Positions 1 through 8,283 of a DNA stretch of 64,000 nt are shown here, piece after piece. Numbering within the stretch: the stretch's first letter is position 1; every line of letters starts with the position of its first letter. This DNA is from an uncultured bacterium (GTDB lineage: Bacteria > Patescibacteriota > Minisyncoccia > Phycocordibacterales > Phycocordibacteraceae): contig CAWKPH010000001.1 of NCBI GenBank assembly GCA_963851445.1, forward strand, positions 489,363-553,362, given 5' to 3'. The notes beneath the pieces are model-generated. The model was not told the DNA's origin. It ran no database searches and saw only the letters and a program-made list of their open reading frames with translations. The translations under genes were made by a program, and so were the position numbers.

Positions 1-2662
1 AGCGATCCGATGGTTTCCGGCCGACGAAAATCTACGAGACAAAGGCTATGAAAAATTGCTTCCGCCCCTTGTGGCTGAACTTCGTAAGAAAGTAAGAGAC
101 TGGAGACTTACAGGCTATGAAGGAGCGAGCGAGACAAGCAAGGCACTTTTGAAGTGGTGGTTTTTGACCGACCACGCAATGGAAAACCCGAATGGCGAGA
201 CGTTTCTTTTTCAATACTATTTTGCCCAGCGAGAAGCCGTCGAAACAGTGATCTGGCTATATGAGGTCGCCAAGGCGCATGACAAGTACGACCTAATTCG
301 CTTCGACGCATCGGGAGCAATCTCGCCGGCAATGTTCGATGAAACATGGACTCGATACATCGTGAAGATGGCTACAGGTGCCGGCAAGACCAAGGTTTTA
401 AGTCTTATCCTCGCATGGAGCTACTTCCACAAACTCTACGAAGACAATTCGCCATTGGCGAGAAATTTCCTTGTGATCGCGCCGAACATCATCGTTCTCG
501 ACCGAATCCGCAGCGACTTCGACGGTCTCAAAATCTTTTTTGAAGACCCGGTGCTTCCTGATAATGGCTACGAAGGCAAAGATTGGCGAAACGATTTTCA
601 ACTGACGCTGCATATTCAAGATGAAATCGGCACTGTGCGAAAGACGGGCAATATCTTCCTCACGAACATTCACCGCGTCTACGAAGGCGCTATGGAAGCT
701 GCTAGTTTTGGCGACGAGGACACGATGAATTATTTCCTCGGCCAGAAACCGGCAGGTGCTACCAACGAATCAAAAATTGACGTCGGCGATATCGTCCGCA
801 ACATCGATGAGCTGGTAGTGCTTAACGATGAGGCACACCACATCCATGATCCGAGGCTTGCGTGGTTCAAGGCGATCGAAGACATTCATAACCGCCTGAA
901 GATGAAGGGTGGCAAACTCAGCTTGCAGGTGGACGTCACTGCGACACCAAAGCACACCAACGGCTCTATTTTCGTCCAAACTGTCAGCGATTACCCGCTT
1001 GTAGAGGCGATCCATCAAAACGTAGTGAAGCATCCTGTGTTGCCTGATCCTGCGAGCCGAGCAAAGCTGCAAGAGCACAAGACCTCCAACTTCAGCGAAA
1101 AATACAAAGACTATATTCACCTAGGCTATCTTGAATGGAAGAAAGTATACGACGAGCATCTCAAGCTCAACAAAAAAGCGGTGCTTTTCGTCATGACCGA
1201 CGACACCAAGAACTGCGATGAGGTCGCCGAATATCTCGAAAACACCTATCCGGAACTCAAGGACGGCGTGCTCGTGATTCACACGAAGGACAACGGAGAG
1301 ATTTCCGAGAGCGTCACCGGCAAAAAGGAAGAAGAACTCAAAAAGCTCCGTGCCGATGCCAACTCGATCGATCGGCTTGATAGTCCCTACAAGGTGATCG
1401 TTTCAGTTTTGATGCTTAAGGAAGGCTGGGATGTCCGGAACGTCACGACGATCGTGGGACTCCGCGCCTACAGCTCAAAGAGCAATATCTTGCCGGAGCA
1501 AACCCTCGGCCGCGGTCTCCGCCGTATGTACCGCGATCCAGACCTTGCCGAAATGGTGAGTGTCGTCGGTACGGATGCCTTCATGGATTTCGTCGAGTCG
1601 ATCAAGAGCGAAGGTGTTGATCTCGAACACCGAAAGATGGGAGAGGGCACCGGCCCTAAATCACCCTTGGTCGTCGAGATTGACCGGGAGAATTTAAAGA
1701 AAGATATCGAGAGTCTTGAAATAGAGATTCCAATCCTCACCCCGCGCATCTACCGAGAGTACAAGAACCTATCGAACCTAGACGTCTCGAAATTCAAATG
1801 TGAAAAACTTCCGATTCAAGAATTTACTGACGAGGAGAAGCGAGAGATCATCTTCCGCGATATCACCAGCGGCGACGTCACGCACAAAACAGAGCTTGAT
1901 AGTAATTTCATACCGAACTACCAAAGTGTGGTCGGCTATTTCACGCAGGTCATCATGAAGGAGCTTCGTCTTGTAAGCGGATACGATATTCTCTACGGAA
2001 AGGTTAAGGAATTTATCCAAAACTGCCTATTCGTGAGGCCGATCGAGCTCGACAATCTGAACTCGCTTCGAAATCTCTCAGAAATCGAAGCTTCCCGAAC
2101 CATCATCGAAACATTCAAGAAAGAGATCAACGCCCTCACTGTTCTCGACAAAGGCGAAGCTGAAATCCGCGACTACATCAAGATCAGCAAAAGCCGGCCG
2201 TTCGTGGTCAAAGATCAGGGCTATATCGTGCCAAAAAAGAGCATCTTCAATAAGATCGTCGGCGATAGCCATCTCGAGCTCGAATTCGCTAATTTCCTCG
2301 AAGGCTGCGACGACATAGTCTCATACGCGAAGAACTACTTCGCGGTCCACTTCAAGATCGATTATCGAAACGCCGACGGCAGCATCTCCGACTACTACCC
2401 TGATTTCATCGTAAAAGTCTCGCCAAAGGAATACTATGTTGTCGAGACAAAAGGTCGGGAAGACCTCGACGACGTCGAGAAGATCAAGCGCCTCAAGCAA
2501 TGGTGCGAGGACGTGAATGCCAACCAGCCAAATTCCAAATTCAAAATGCTGTACGTTAAGCAAGAGGACTGGGATGCGCTTCACCAAAAGCCAAGCAGCT
2601 TCAAAGAAGCTGTGCGAAGTTTCTCCGAAGTCATCGGAGGATCGAGCACTAAGCAAGTCTAA
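1..2662 (+). CDS. Type III restriction Res-like SF2 helicase with C-terminal PD-(D/E)xK nuclease domain (5' partial, reading frame open to window start)
   Basis: Walker A 'ATGAGKTKV', DEAH box 'VLNDEAHH', 'TATP' motif, motif VI 'QTLGRGLRR', 'EGWDV' motif typical of ResIII/HsdR helicases; C-terminal 'PDFIV...VVETKG' PD-(D/E)xK signature. Frame is open upstream of the ATG at 56 to nt 2, so the gene likely starts outside the window. Confidence 0.7.
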   Translation, partial: AIRWFPADENLRDKGYEKLLPPLVAELRKKVRDWRLTGYEGASETSKALLKWWFLTDHAMENPNGETFLFQYYFAQREAVETVIWLYEVAKAHDKYDLIRFDASGAISPAMFDETWTRYIVKMATGAGKTKVLSLILAWSYFHKLYEDNSPLARNFLVIAPNIIVLDRIRSDFDGLKIFFEDPVLPDNGYEGKDWRNDFQLTLHIQDEIGTVRKTGNIFLTNIHRVYEGAMEAASFGDEDTMNYFLGQKPAGATNESKIDVGDIVRNIDELVVLNDEAHHIHDPRLAWFKAIEDIHNRLKMKGGKLSLQVDVTATPKHTNGSIFVQTVSDYPLVEAIHQNVVKHPVLPDPASRAKLQEHKTSNFSEKYKDYIHLGYLEWKKVYDEHLKLNKKAVLFVMTDDTKNCDEVAEYLENTYPELKDGVLVIHTKDNGEISESVTGKKEEELKKLRADANSIDRLDSPYKVIVSVLMLKEGWDVRNVTTIVGLRAYSSKSNILPEQTLGRGLRRMYRDPDLAEMVSVVGTDAFMDFVESIKSEGVDLEHRKMGEGTGPKSPLVVEIDRENLKKDIESLEIEIPILTPRIYREYKNLSNLDVSKFKCEKLPIQEFTDEEKREIIFRDITSGDVTHKTELDSNFIPNYQSVVGYFTQVIMKELRLVSGYDILYGKVKEFIQNCLFVRPIELDNLNSLRNLSEIEASRTIIETFKKEINALTVLDKGEAEIRDYIKISKSRPFVVKDQGYIVPKKSIFNKIVGDSHLELEFANFLEGCDDIVSYAKNYFAVHFKIDYRNADGSISDYYPDFIVKVSPKEYYVVETKGREDLDDVEKIKRLKQWCEDVNANQPNSKFKMLYVKQEDWDALHQKPSSFKEAVRSFSEVIGGSSTKQV

Positions 2663-2669
2663 AATCAAA

Positions 2670-4337
2670 ATGGAAACAGCCGCCCAAGAGGAAAAATATA
2701 AAACAGCACTCTCGGAGAGGGAAAGGCACACCTCGGCAATTTTAAGTTCCACATCAAAAAATAAGATCGTCGTCGCCGGTCCGGGAACCGGCAAGACTCA
2801 TCTTTTTAAGGAAGTCCTGAAAGGAAAAACGAACACGCTCACTCTGACATTCGTTAATGCACTGGTGGAAGATTTGTCGCTTGAATTATGCGGCATCTCT
2901 GACGTGAGGACGCTTCACAGCTACGCCCGCAGCGAATTAAGCAAGGCGGTCAAAAAAGACGTCAAACTATACCCGAAGCTACCCCAGATCATTCAACAGG
3001 ACGCAAAGATTCTGCTCGGCGAGGATATAAATTTTGATCAGATATTTCACGATCGTGACGACGAAAACAAACACATAGATTTTTACAAAAAAAGAAAAGA
3101 CTATTACGACTACTACGGATACTCAGACGTGATCTTCGCAATAGTAAAGCATTTTGAGAGTAAGAAAGATAAAGTACCTACCTATGAACAGGTCGTGGTC
3201 GATGAATTTCAGGATTTCAACAAACTGGAGGTCTCACTTATTGATTTGCTTTCAGAAAAAAGTCCGATGCTCCTAGCCGGCGATGACGATCAAGCTCTCT
3301 ATGGCTTTAAGAGAGCGAGTGCGGATCATATCCGGCATAAACATAGTGACGCGTGTCCTGAATACGCCCCTTTCAACCTGCCATTTTGCTCGAGATGCAC
3401 TCGGGTGATTGTCGATGCGGCGAATGATGTGATCAACGAGGCAACAAAAGCCGGCTTGCTCAAGAACAGAATCAATAAGCCATACACCTACCTCGACCAC
3501 AGAGACAAAGATAAAGAGTGTGCACGCAACCCGAAAATCATGTACAACCAATCCTACGCGGGTCAGATTCCGTGGTTTATCCAGAAGCGCATAGGAGAAA
3601 TTGCGGAAGAAGTGAAAGGTAAATTTTCAGTCCTGATTATTTCGCCTACAAAAACACAATCTCGTACTGTAGTAAATGCCCTGCGTGAAAAAGGATTCGA
3701 AAACATCGAGATCGACAGAAAGAAGGACGAAAAAGAGCCCGTTCTGATGGACGCCTTGGAACTTTTGCTCGAAGAAAAGAAAAGCAATCTGGGCTGGAGG
3801 ATCGCCGCCAAATGTCTTTTAAGCGAGGATGATTTTAAGGATTTACTCAGTAAAACGCAAAAGGCAGACTCGAAGGGAATTTCAGAGATGATCGATAAGA
3901 CGACCAAAAAAGAAGTCGAGGGGATGCTGAAAATACTCAAGACTATCAAGGATGATAAAAAGGTCGACGAAAAAGAGCTGAACGCCTTTCTTGTAAAAGT
4001 CGGCTTTGATCCGTATGAGATATCAAGCGATTTCTTGAAAAGCGAAATGAACTCAGGTACGCTTCGCGGTGGTAGCCCGGGCTTGAGGAGAATCCCAATA
4101 AAGGCCACTACGATTCAAAGTTCGAAGGGTTTGGCGGCAGATTATGTTTTCATCACCCATTTTGATGACACATATTTTATAAAGGATAAAGACAAGACAA
4201 AAATCACTGATCAGGACGTTTGCAATTTTCTTGTCGCAATAACCAGAGCCAAGAAGAAGCTGTTCCTGATTTCCTCGAATACAACCAAGCAGCCGACTTT
4301 TGCAAAGTGGATTAAAGATCGAATTGAAAAAATATAA
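2670..4337 (+). CDS. UvrD/REP-family SF1 DNA helicase
   Basis: Walker A 'VVAGPGTGKTHLF', motif II 'VVVDEFQDFN', motif III 'LAGDDDQALYGFKRAS', C-terminal 'ATTIQSSKGLAADYVFI' (motif VI-like). ATG at 2670 is 8 nt after the upstream stop. The ORF-track start at 2517 overlaps the previous gene and is likely too long. Confidence 0.75.
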   Translation: METAAQEEKYKTALSERERHTSAILSSTSKNKIVVAGPGTGKTHLFKEVLKGKTNTLTLTFVNALVEDLSLELCGISDVRTLHSYARSELSKAVKKDVKLYPKLPQIIQQDAKILLGEDINFDQIFHDRDDENKHIDFYKKRKDYYDYYGYSDVIFAIVKHFESKKDKVPTYEQVVVDEFQDFNKLEVSLIDLLSEKSPMLLAGDDDQALYGFKRASADHIRHKHSDACPEYAPFNLPFCSRCTRVIVDAANDVINEATKAGLLKNRINKPYTYLDHRDKDKECARNPKIMYNQSYAGQIPWFIQKRIGEIAEEVKGKFSVLIISPTKTQSRTVVNALREKGFENIEIDRKKDEKEPVLMDALELLLEEKKSNLGWRIAAKCLLSEDDFKDLLSKTQKADSKGISEMIDKTTKKEVEGMLKILKTIKDDKKVDEKELNAFLVKVGFDPYEISSDFLKSEMNSGTLRGGSPGLRRIPIKATTIQSSKGLAADYVFITHFDDTYFIKDKDKTKITDQDVCNFLVAITRAKKKLFLISSNTTKQPTFAKWIKDRIEKI

Positions 4338-4339
4338 AC

Positions 4340-5092
4340 ATGTCTGAATACTACAAACCAAACCGAATACGCAACATATACGACCCGGCAAGCGCAGAAC
4401 CTTTCAAGCTGTCCCGATCAAAGATAGAAATGTTCATAAAATGCCCGAAATGCTTTTATATGGATCGCCGTCTTGGAGTAGGGCAGATACCGCCGTTTCC
4501 TTTTGCCTTAAACACTGCCGTAGATACTCTTCTCAAGAAAGAATTTGATGTACACCGAGCAGGGAAAACACCGCACCCTCTGATGAAGGCATATGGGCTT
4601 GATATGGTCCCTTTTCAGCATGAAAAAATGGATGAATGGCGCGAAAACTTCAAAGGCGTTCAGTACCATCACAAGCCAACAAATTTTATAATAACAGGTG
4701 CCGTCGATGACCTCTGGGTAGATAAGGACGGAGAGATTGCAGTCGTAGATTATAAGTCGACAAGCAAACCGAGCAAGGTTACCCTTGATGCTGACTGGCA
4801 GATGAGCTATAAGCGACAGATGGAAATATACCAATGGCTACTTCGCCAAGCGGGATTCAGGGTTTCAAACACGGGTTATTTTGTATACTGCAATGGAAAA
4901 ACAGATCGAAAGGCATTCGATGCTAAAATAGATTTTGATATAGATATTTTGCCCTATACCGGCGATAGCTCGTGGGTGGAAAAAGCCCTGTTCGATATCA
5001 AGGAGTGTCTCGATGGAGAAATGCCAGCTGCGGCGCAGGATTGTGATCACTGTAACTATAGAAAAGCGGCAAATGCGGTTGATCCAAATTAA
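4340..5092 (+). CDS. Cas4/RecB-family PD-(D/E)xK nuclease with Cys cluster (DUF83-like), no CRISPR context
   Basis: 'ITGAVDDLWVDKDGEIAVVDYKS' D...D/E-x-K core; N-terminal 'CPKCFY' and C-terminal 'C...CDHC' cysteines consistent with the Fe-S cluster arrangement of Cas4/AddB-type nucleases. Starts 2 nt after the helicase stop. Confidence 0.65.
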   Translation: MSEYYKPNRIRNIYDPASAEPFKLSRSKIEMFIKCPKCFYMDRRLGVGQIPPFPFALNTAVDTLLKKEFDVHRAGKTPHPLMKAYGLDMVPFQHEKMDEWRENFKGVQYHHKPTNFIITGAVDDLWVDKDGEIAVVDYKSTSKPSKVTLDADWQMSYKRQMEIYQWLLRQAGFRVSNTGYFVYCNGKTDRKAFDAKIDFDIDILPYTGDSSWVEKALFDIKECLDGEMPAAAQDCDHCNYRKAANAVDPN

Positions 5093-5103
5093 TAAATAAA
5101 ATT

Positions 5104-5262
5104 ATGCTTGAAGACAAAGACCCAGAAGAAATAATAGAGATTGCTGAAATTGCTCAAAATCACGGCATCGATATTGAAGATGCAGAGCGAGCCAAGGAGC
5201 TCATGGACGAGGAAGGCCTCGACGAAGATGACGCTGCGGAGCTTGCTGAAGCAGGAGTATAA
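5104..5262 (+). CDS. Small acidic hypothetical protein (53 aa; below ORF-track cutoff)
   Basis: ATG at 5104 through the stop at 5260-5262 translates to 'MLEDKDPEEIIEIAEIAQNHGIDIEDAERAKELMDEEGLDEDDAAELAEAGV'. No homology recognised. Confidence 0.2.
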   Translation: MLEDKDPEEIIEIAEIAQNHGIDIEDAERAKELMDEEGLDEDDAAELAEAGV

Positions 5263-5424
5263 AACCAATGGAAGAAAAGATAAAACTATATTGCATACAA
5301 GCCGCAAATTGCGGCCCAACCCTTAATTTCGAAAAGTTTCGGCGCAACTTTAAATTGGGATCAGGAAAAAGGTCTCGCGCTGTCACATCACGGCCCCGAC
5401 GAGAAGACCATCACTGCCGTTTTT

Positions 5425-6121
5425 ATGGCTGTGAGGCCTTTCTTGATGAAGGAGCGGATAAATTTCGAGGAATTATGTAAAGATATTCTCGCGTCTGACT
5501 ACGACGAAGCAATAAAACAGGATACGCAGGAAGTCTTGGAATGCGTGGAACATACTCATGCATCCAGAAAAGGACAAGCGGTCATTCAGATCACCGAGCA
5601 AGAAATTAGCTACCGGAAGAATTTTCTCCTGTGGATGAATGAGGAGCATTTTCACCCCGAAAACTATAAACCTTACGGGTCTCGAGGCCTCTCATTGATC
5701 AAGCAATCTGAAATGCTCGAGTGGTTCTCGAAGCCATTCATGATTGATTTTTTGCAGAATGTTGTACATCTCGTTCTTTGTCTCGATCTTCTCGTACTAT
5801 CAAAACTCGAAGGGAAGACGCTCGGAATGCTCAAAAAATATCGCAGCCCTTCAAGAGGCCGCAGATTTAAAAGCAGCTCTTGAGAAAAAGGGGATTAGGG
5901 TTTTAGCGGAATTAAATGACGGGCATAAGCATATAGATTTGGCCATTCCAAAAGCAAAGATCAATGTTGAGGTGGATGGAATACAGCATCTCACGAATCC
6001 GGATCAGATCATTGCCGACCTCAGTAGGGGATATTATTCGCACAAGAATGGCTACCACGATGCACATTCCAAACGAAATGATTCGCCTGCACTTAGATCA
6101 AATCTCAAGCGCTTTAGCTGA
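5425..6121 (+). CDS. Hypothetical protein with C-terminal DUF559-like (endonuclease-fold) region; apparent +1 frameshift near 5820
   Basis: Two overlapping ORFs (5425..5883 in frame 1, 5744..6121 in frame 2). C-terminal 'HIDLAIPKAKINVEVDGIQHLTNPDQIIADLSRGY' resembles the DUF559 'iEvDG.qH...D..R...L..G' pattern. The frame-1 tail 'KKYRSPSRGRRFKSSS' looks out of frame. Confidence 0.35.
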
Positions 6122-6167
6122 AGCATCAAAGAAAAGAGAGCAGAAGCTGTGTGTGCACGTCGACTAA

Positions 6168-6374
6168 TTAGTGAGAAACCATTGCAATTATTGCAATGAC
6201 GCCAATGATCACGAGCGGCCAGAGAAATCCCAGAATCATCCCGCCAATAAGCGCAGGAATCCAGCCAATCATTAGACCTATGAGCAGGCCCCATGAGGCA
6301 AGAGAGTAAAGCCAGATGGCGATGAAGGAGAGTACGCCAACGATCCAAACGCCGACCATATATCCATTATTCAT
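6168..6374 (-). CDS. Small hydrophobic membrane protein (68 aa, two predicted TM helices)
   Basis: ORF 'MNNGYMVGVWIVGVLSFIAIWLYSLASWGLLIGLMIGWIPALIGGMILGFLWPLVIIGVIAIIAMVSH', almost entirely hydrophobic. No homology recognised. Confidence 0.3.
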   Translation of the reverse strand: MNNGYMVGVWIVGVLSFIAIWLYSLASWGLLIGLMIGWIPALIGGMILGFLWPLVIIGVIAIIAMVSH

Positions 6375-6451
6375 AAGCGATATATTACACCTTTTGTCAA
6401 AGAATTTAAAGTCTCCACTTCGCGCCTGAAAATTGGTATAATAAGCGCAAC

Positions 6452-6764
6452 ATGATTTCAGACGAAGAAAAGAATGCTATATGGGCCGAGATTGAGAAGA
6501 TGTCGCCAGACCTCCTCCAGATTTTTTTGTCGCTCAAGACCATAGACGAAACAAAAGCATTCTTCGTGATTTGCTTAGTGAACGAGATCTCCGCGAGCTT
6601 GCAATGCGATGGGAAGTCGCAAAGAAACTCGACGCTGGCATTCCTTTTTCAGAATCCAAGATGAATACAAGCAATCCTACACAACGATCACTAAGATCAA
6701 CCGCTGGCTCAAAGAAGGCTGCGGTGGCTACAAGATGATGATCGACCGCCTCAAGAAAAAGTAA
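6452..6764 (+). CDS. YerC/YecD-family TrpR-like DNA-binding protein, interrupted by two single-base frameshifts
   Basis: Family hallmarks are spread over three frames: 'AFF' (frame A) / 'RDLRELAMRWEVAKKLDAGIPF' (frame B) / 'IQDEYKQSYTTITKINRWLKEGCGGYKMMIDRLKKK' (frame C). Together these match the YerC consensus '...LAQRLEVAR.L.EG.TYREIAE.TGASTTTISRV.R.L.YG.GGY.L...RL'. Shifts are near 6565 and near 6650 (in a T-run). Confidence 0.6.
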
Positions 6765-6804
6765 AGTTTTTATTAGCTAACTCAGCAATAAAAAGTTAAA
6801 CTAG

Positions 6805-6829
6805 GAACTGATTTCGTCAGTTCTTTTTC
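6805..6829 (+). terminator. Rho-independent terminator (7-bp stem gaactga/tcagttc, loop tttcg, followed by TTTTT)
   Basis: Hairpin plus T-tract read directly, 40 nt downstream of the YerC-like stop. Confidence 0.5.
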
Positions 6830-6857
6830 ATAACAATTCAACCAAAAGGAGGGTCCC

Positions 6858-7978
6858 ATGCAATCAGTCCAACCGACTCGTCATGGGACCTATGTGGTTA
6901 CCTATGACGTGGCAAGTCGTCTTCAGGCATTCCGCCCGAAGACACTCACAATCCCGCGTCCGGACGATCAGTTGTTCGAACGCTTTCACATGAGCCTGTT
7001 TCAAAAGATGCAGCAGGCTCTTCCAGGCATCACGATCGACACGATCGAGATGAGCGAACTCCGGCGCAAAATCTGGGAGCAGGTTGATACGCCGCATCAC
7101 TGACCTCGGTCAACAAGCGGTGCTCAGCACATGCCCAGAGATTGCCGACTCGAATCCAAAAAGCGAAGGTCTGATCCTCAACATCAACCGACTGTTCAAT
7201 ACAGACGGACAATTGATCGGGCATGGTCCTCGTCCCGGTTTCGAGCCGCTCGAAAAGCAATTCGATGATCTGGCCAAGAAGATCGCTGGACGTTCCGTCG
7301 TCCTCATCGAAGACGGAGCATTCACTGGCGGTACGCTTCGCTCTGTGCTTCATGAGCTGAATAGTCGTGGCCTCACAGTCACGGCGGTCGTCATCGGCTT
7401 CTGCTGCACAAGGGCAAAGTTTGTCCTCGGGCAATGTCTTCAATGGCGAGCTCGTCATAGTGCATCCGATCGAGAACCTTCTCGACTGGATTCCCGACCA
7501 CGATCTCATTCCGTTCATCCCGAATTGCGGACGTGTTCTCGGCGAAGCATCGGATCATAGCTTTATGCCGGTCCGAAGCGCGGAAGGTTTCAGCTATGCC
7601 TACCCTTACATCTTGCCATTCGGCAAGATCGAGGAATGGGCGAGTCTGCCGATCGAAGGTGCTCGAGATTTGTCGAGGCTTTGCTTGGAAACAAGCATCG
7701 AACTGTTCGGCCGTGTAGGGCCTAAAATGACGATAGGGGAGCTTTTGGGAGCGAATCCAAGGGTCTCAATGCCTATCGAAATTGGCGCAGATCAGGCTCC
7801 AGGTAGCCCTGAATACGGAAGTCGTCGGCTTTTTGGAGCAGATGCGAAAAAGACTGGGATAACTCACGTCCTTCTTCATGAAAACACAGTCGCATCGCTC
7901 AAAAGGCGGTGCGACTTTTCTTTTAATGCTCAAAAAACCCTTATTTTAATTGACTTTTTAGGTATTTTTCTTGCGTAA
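6858..7978 (+). CDS. Phosphoribosyltransferase (PRTase)-domain protein, apparently split over three frames by two frameshifts
   Basis: Consecutive overlapping ORFs 6858..7103 (f3), 7084..7560 (f1), 7367..7978 (f2). PRTase PRPP-binding motif 'VVLIEDGAFTGGTLRSVLHELNSRGLTV' is in the middle piece. The C-terminal ~190 aa are of unknown function. Confidence 0.4.
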
Positions 7979-7979
7979 A

Positions 7980-8262
7980 GTCTGGAACATACAATAGTCC
8001 TTCTTGACAATAGAAGAGTCACTACACTAGAGTGTAGTGACAACCGAATAAAGCGATCCATTGTCCCGAAAGGGATCAGGCCGTAACGGCTCAGATGCTA
8101 ACAATGGACTTTGACCCAAGCATCAGCTTGCTATGTCCCGAAGGGATAGAGTAAACTGATAGTGCATGCTCGAAAGGGTATGTATCCCAAGCTTGGGAAT
8201 GACGAAAGCCGATTAATTTATTAAGGCGGCGGTCACTAAAAGTCCACTTTGATTAGCATCGA
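7980..8262 (+). other. Structured, palindrome-rich intergenic region upstream of the integrase (candidate ncRNA, regulatory or att region)
   Basis: Perfect inverted repeat at 8018..8041; several GNRA-type mini-hairpins (cccGAAAggg, cccGAAggg, ctcGAAAggg); 12-nt palindrome cccaagcttggg; 11-bp stem aaaagtccact...agtggactttt just before the integrase start; TTGACA at 8004-8009. Confidence 0.25.
8018..8041. repeat. Inverted repeat, 11-bp arms (gtcactacact / agtgtagtgac) with 2-nt spacer
   Basis: Read directly from sequence. Confidence 0.8.
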
Positions 8263-8283
8263 GTGGACTTTTCGGTTGGCCAT

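Noticed and set aside
2517-2669. Upstream extension of the UvrD-like ORF into the Res-like gene
   Set aside because: It overlaps the previous gene by 146 nt. The ATG at 2670 gives a tidy 8-nt intergenic gap.
2321-2794. 157-aa antisense ORF spanning the gene 1/gene 2 junction (and similar antisense ORFs 3563..4108, 11056..11568, 27349..27708, 35004..35570)
   Set aside because: They lie entirely inside strongly supported genes on the opposite strand, are low-complexity, and have no homology.
4340-5092. Cas4 as evidence of a CRISPR-Cas locus
   Set aside because: No repeat-spacer array and no cas1/cas2 or effector genes are anywhere in the window. Stand-alone Cas4/RecB-like nucleases are common outside CRISPR.
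7980-8262. Possible tRNA/tmRNA integration target next to the integrase
   Set aside because: No cloverleaf (acceptor, T-loop GTTCRANYC) could be folded by eye. The region is kept only as a generic structured/att candidate.
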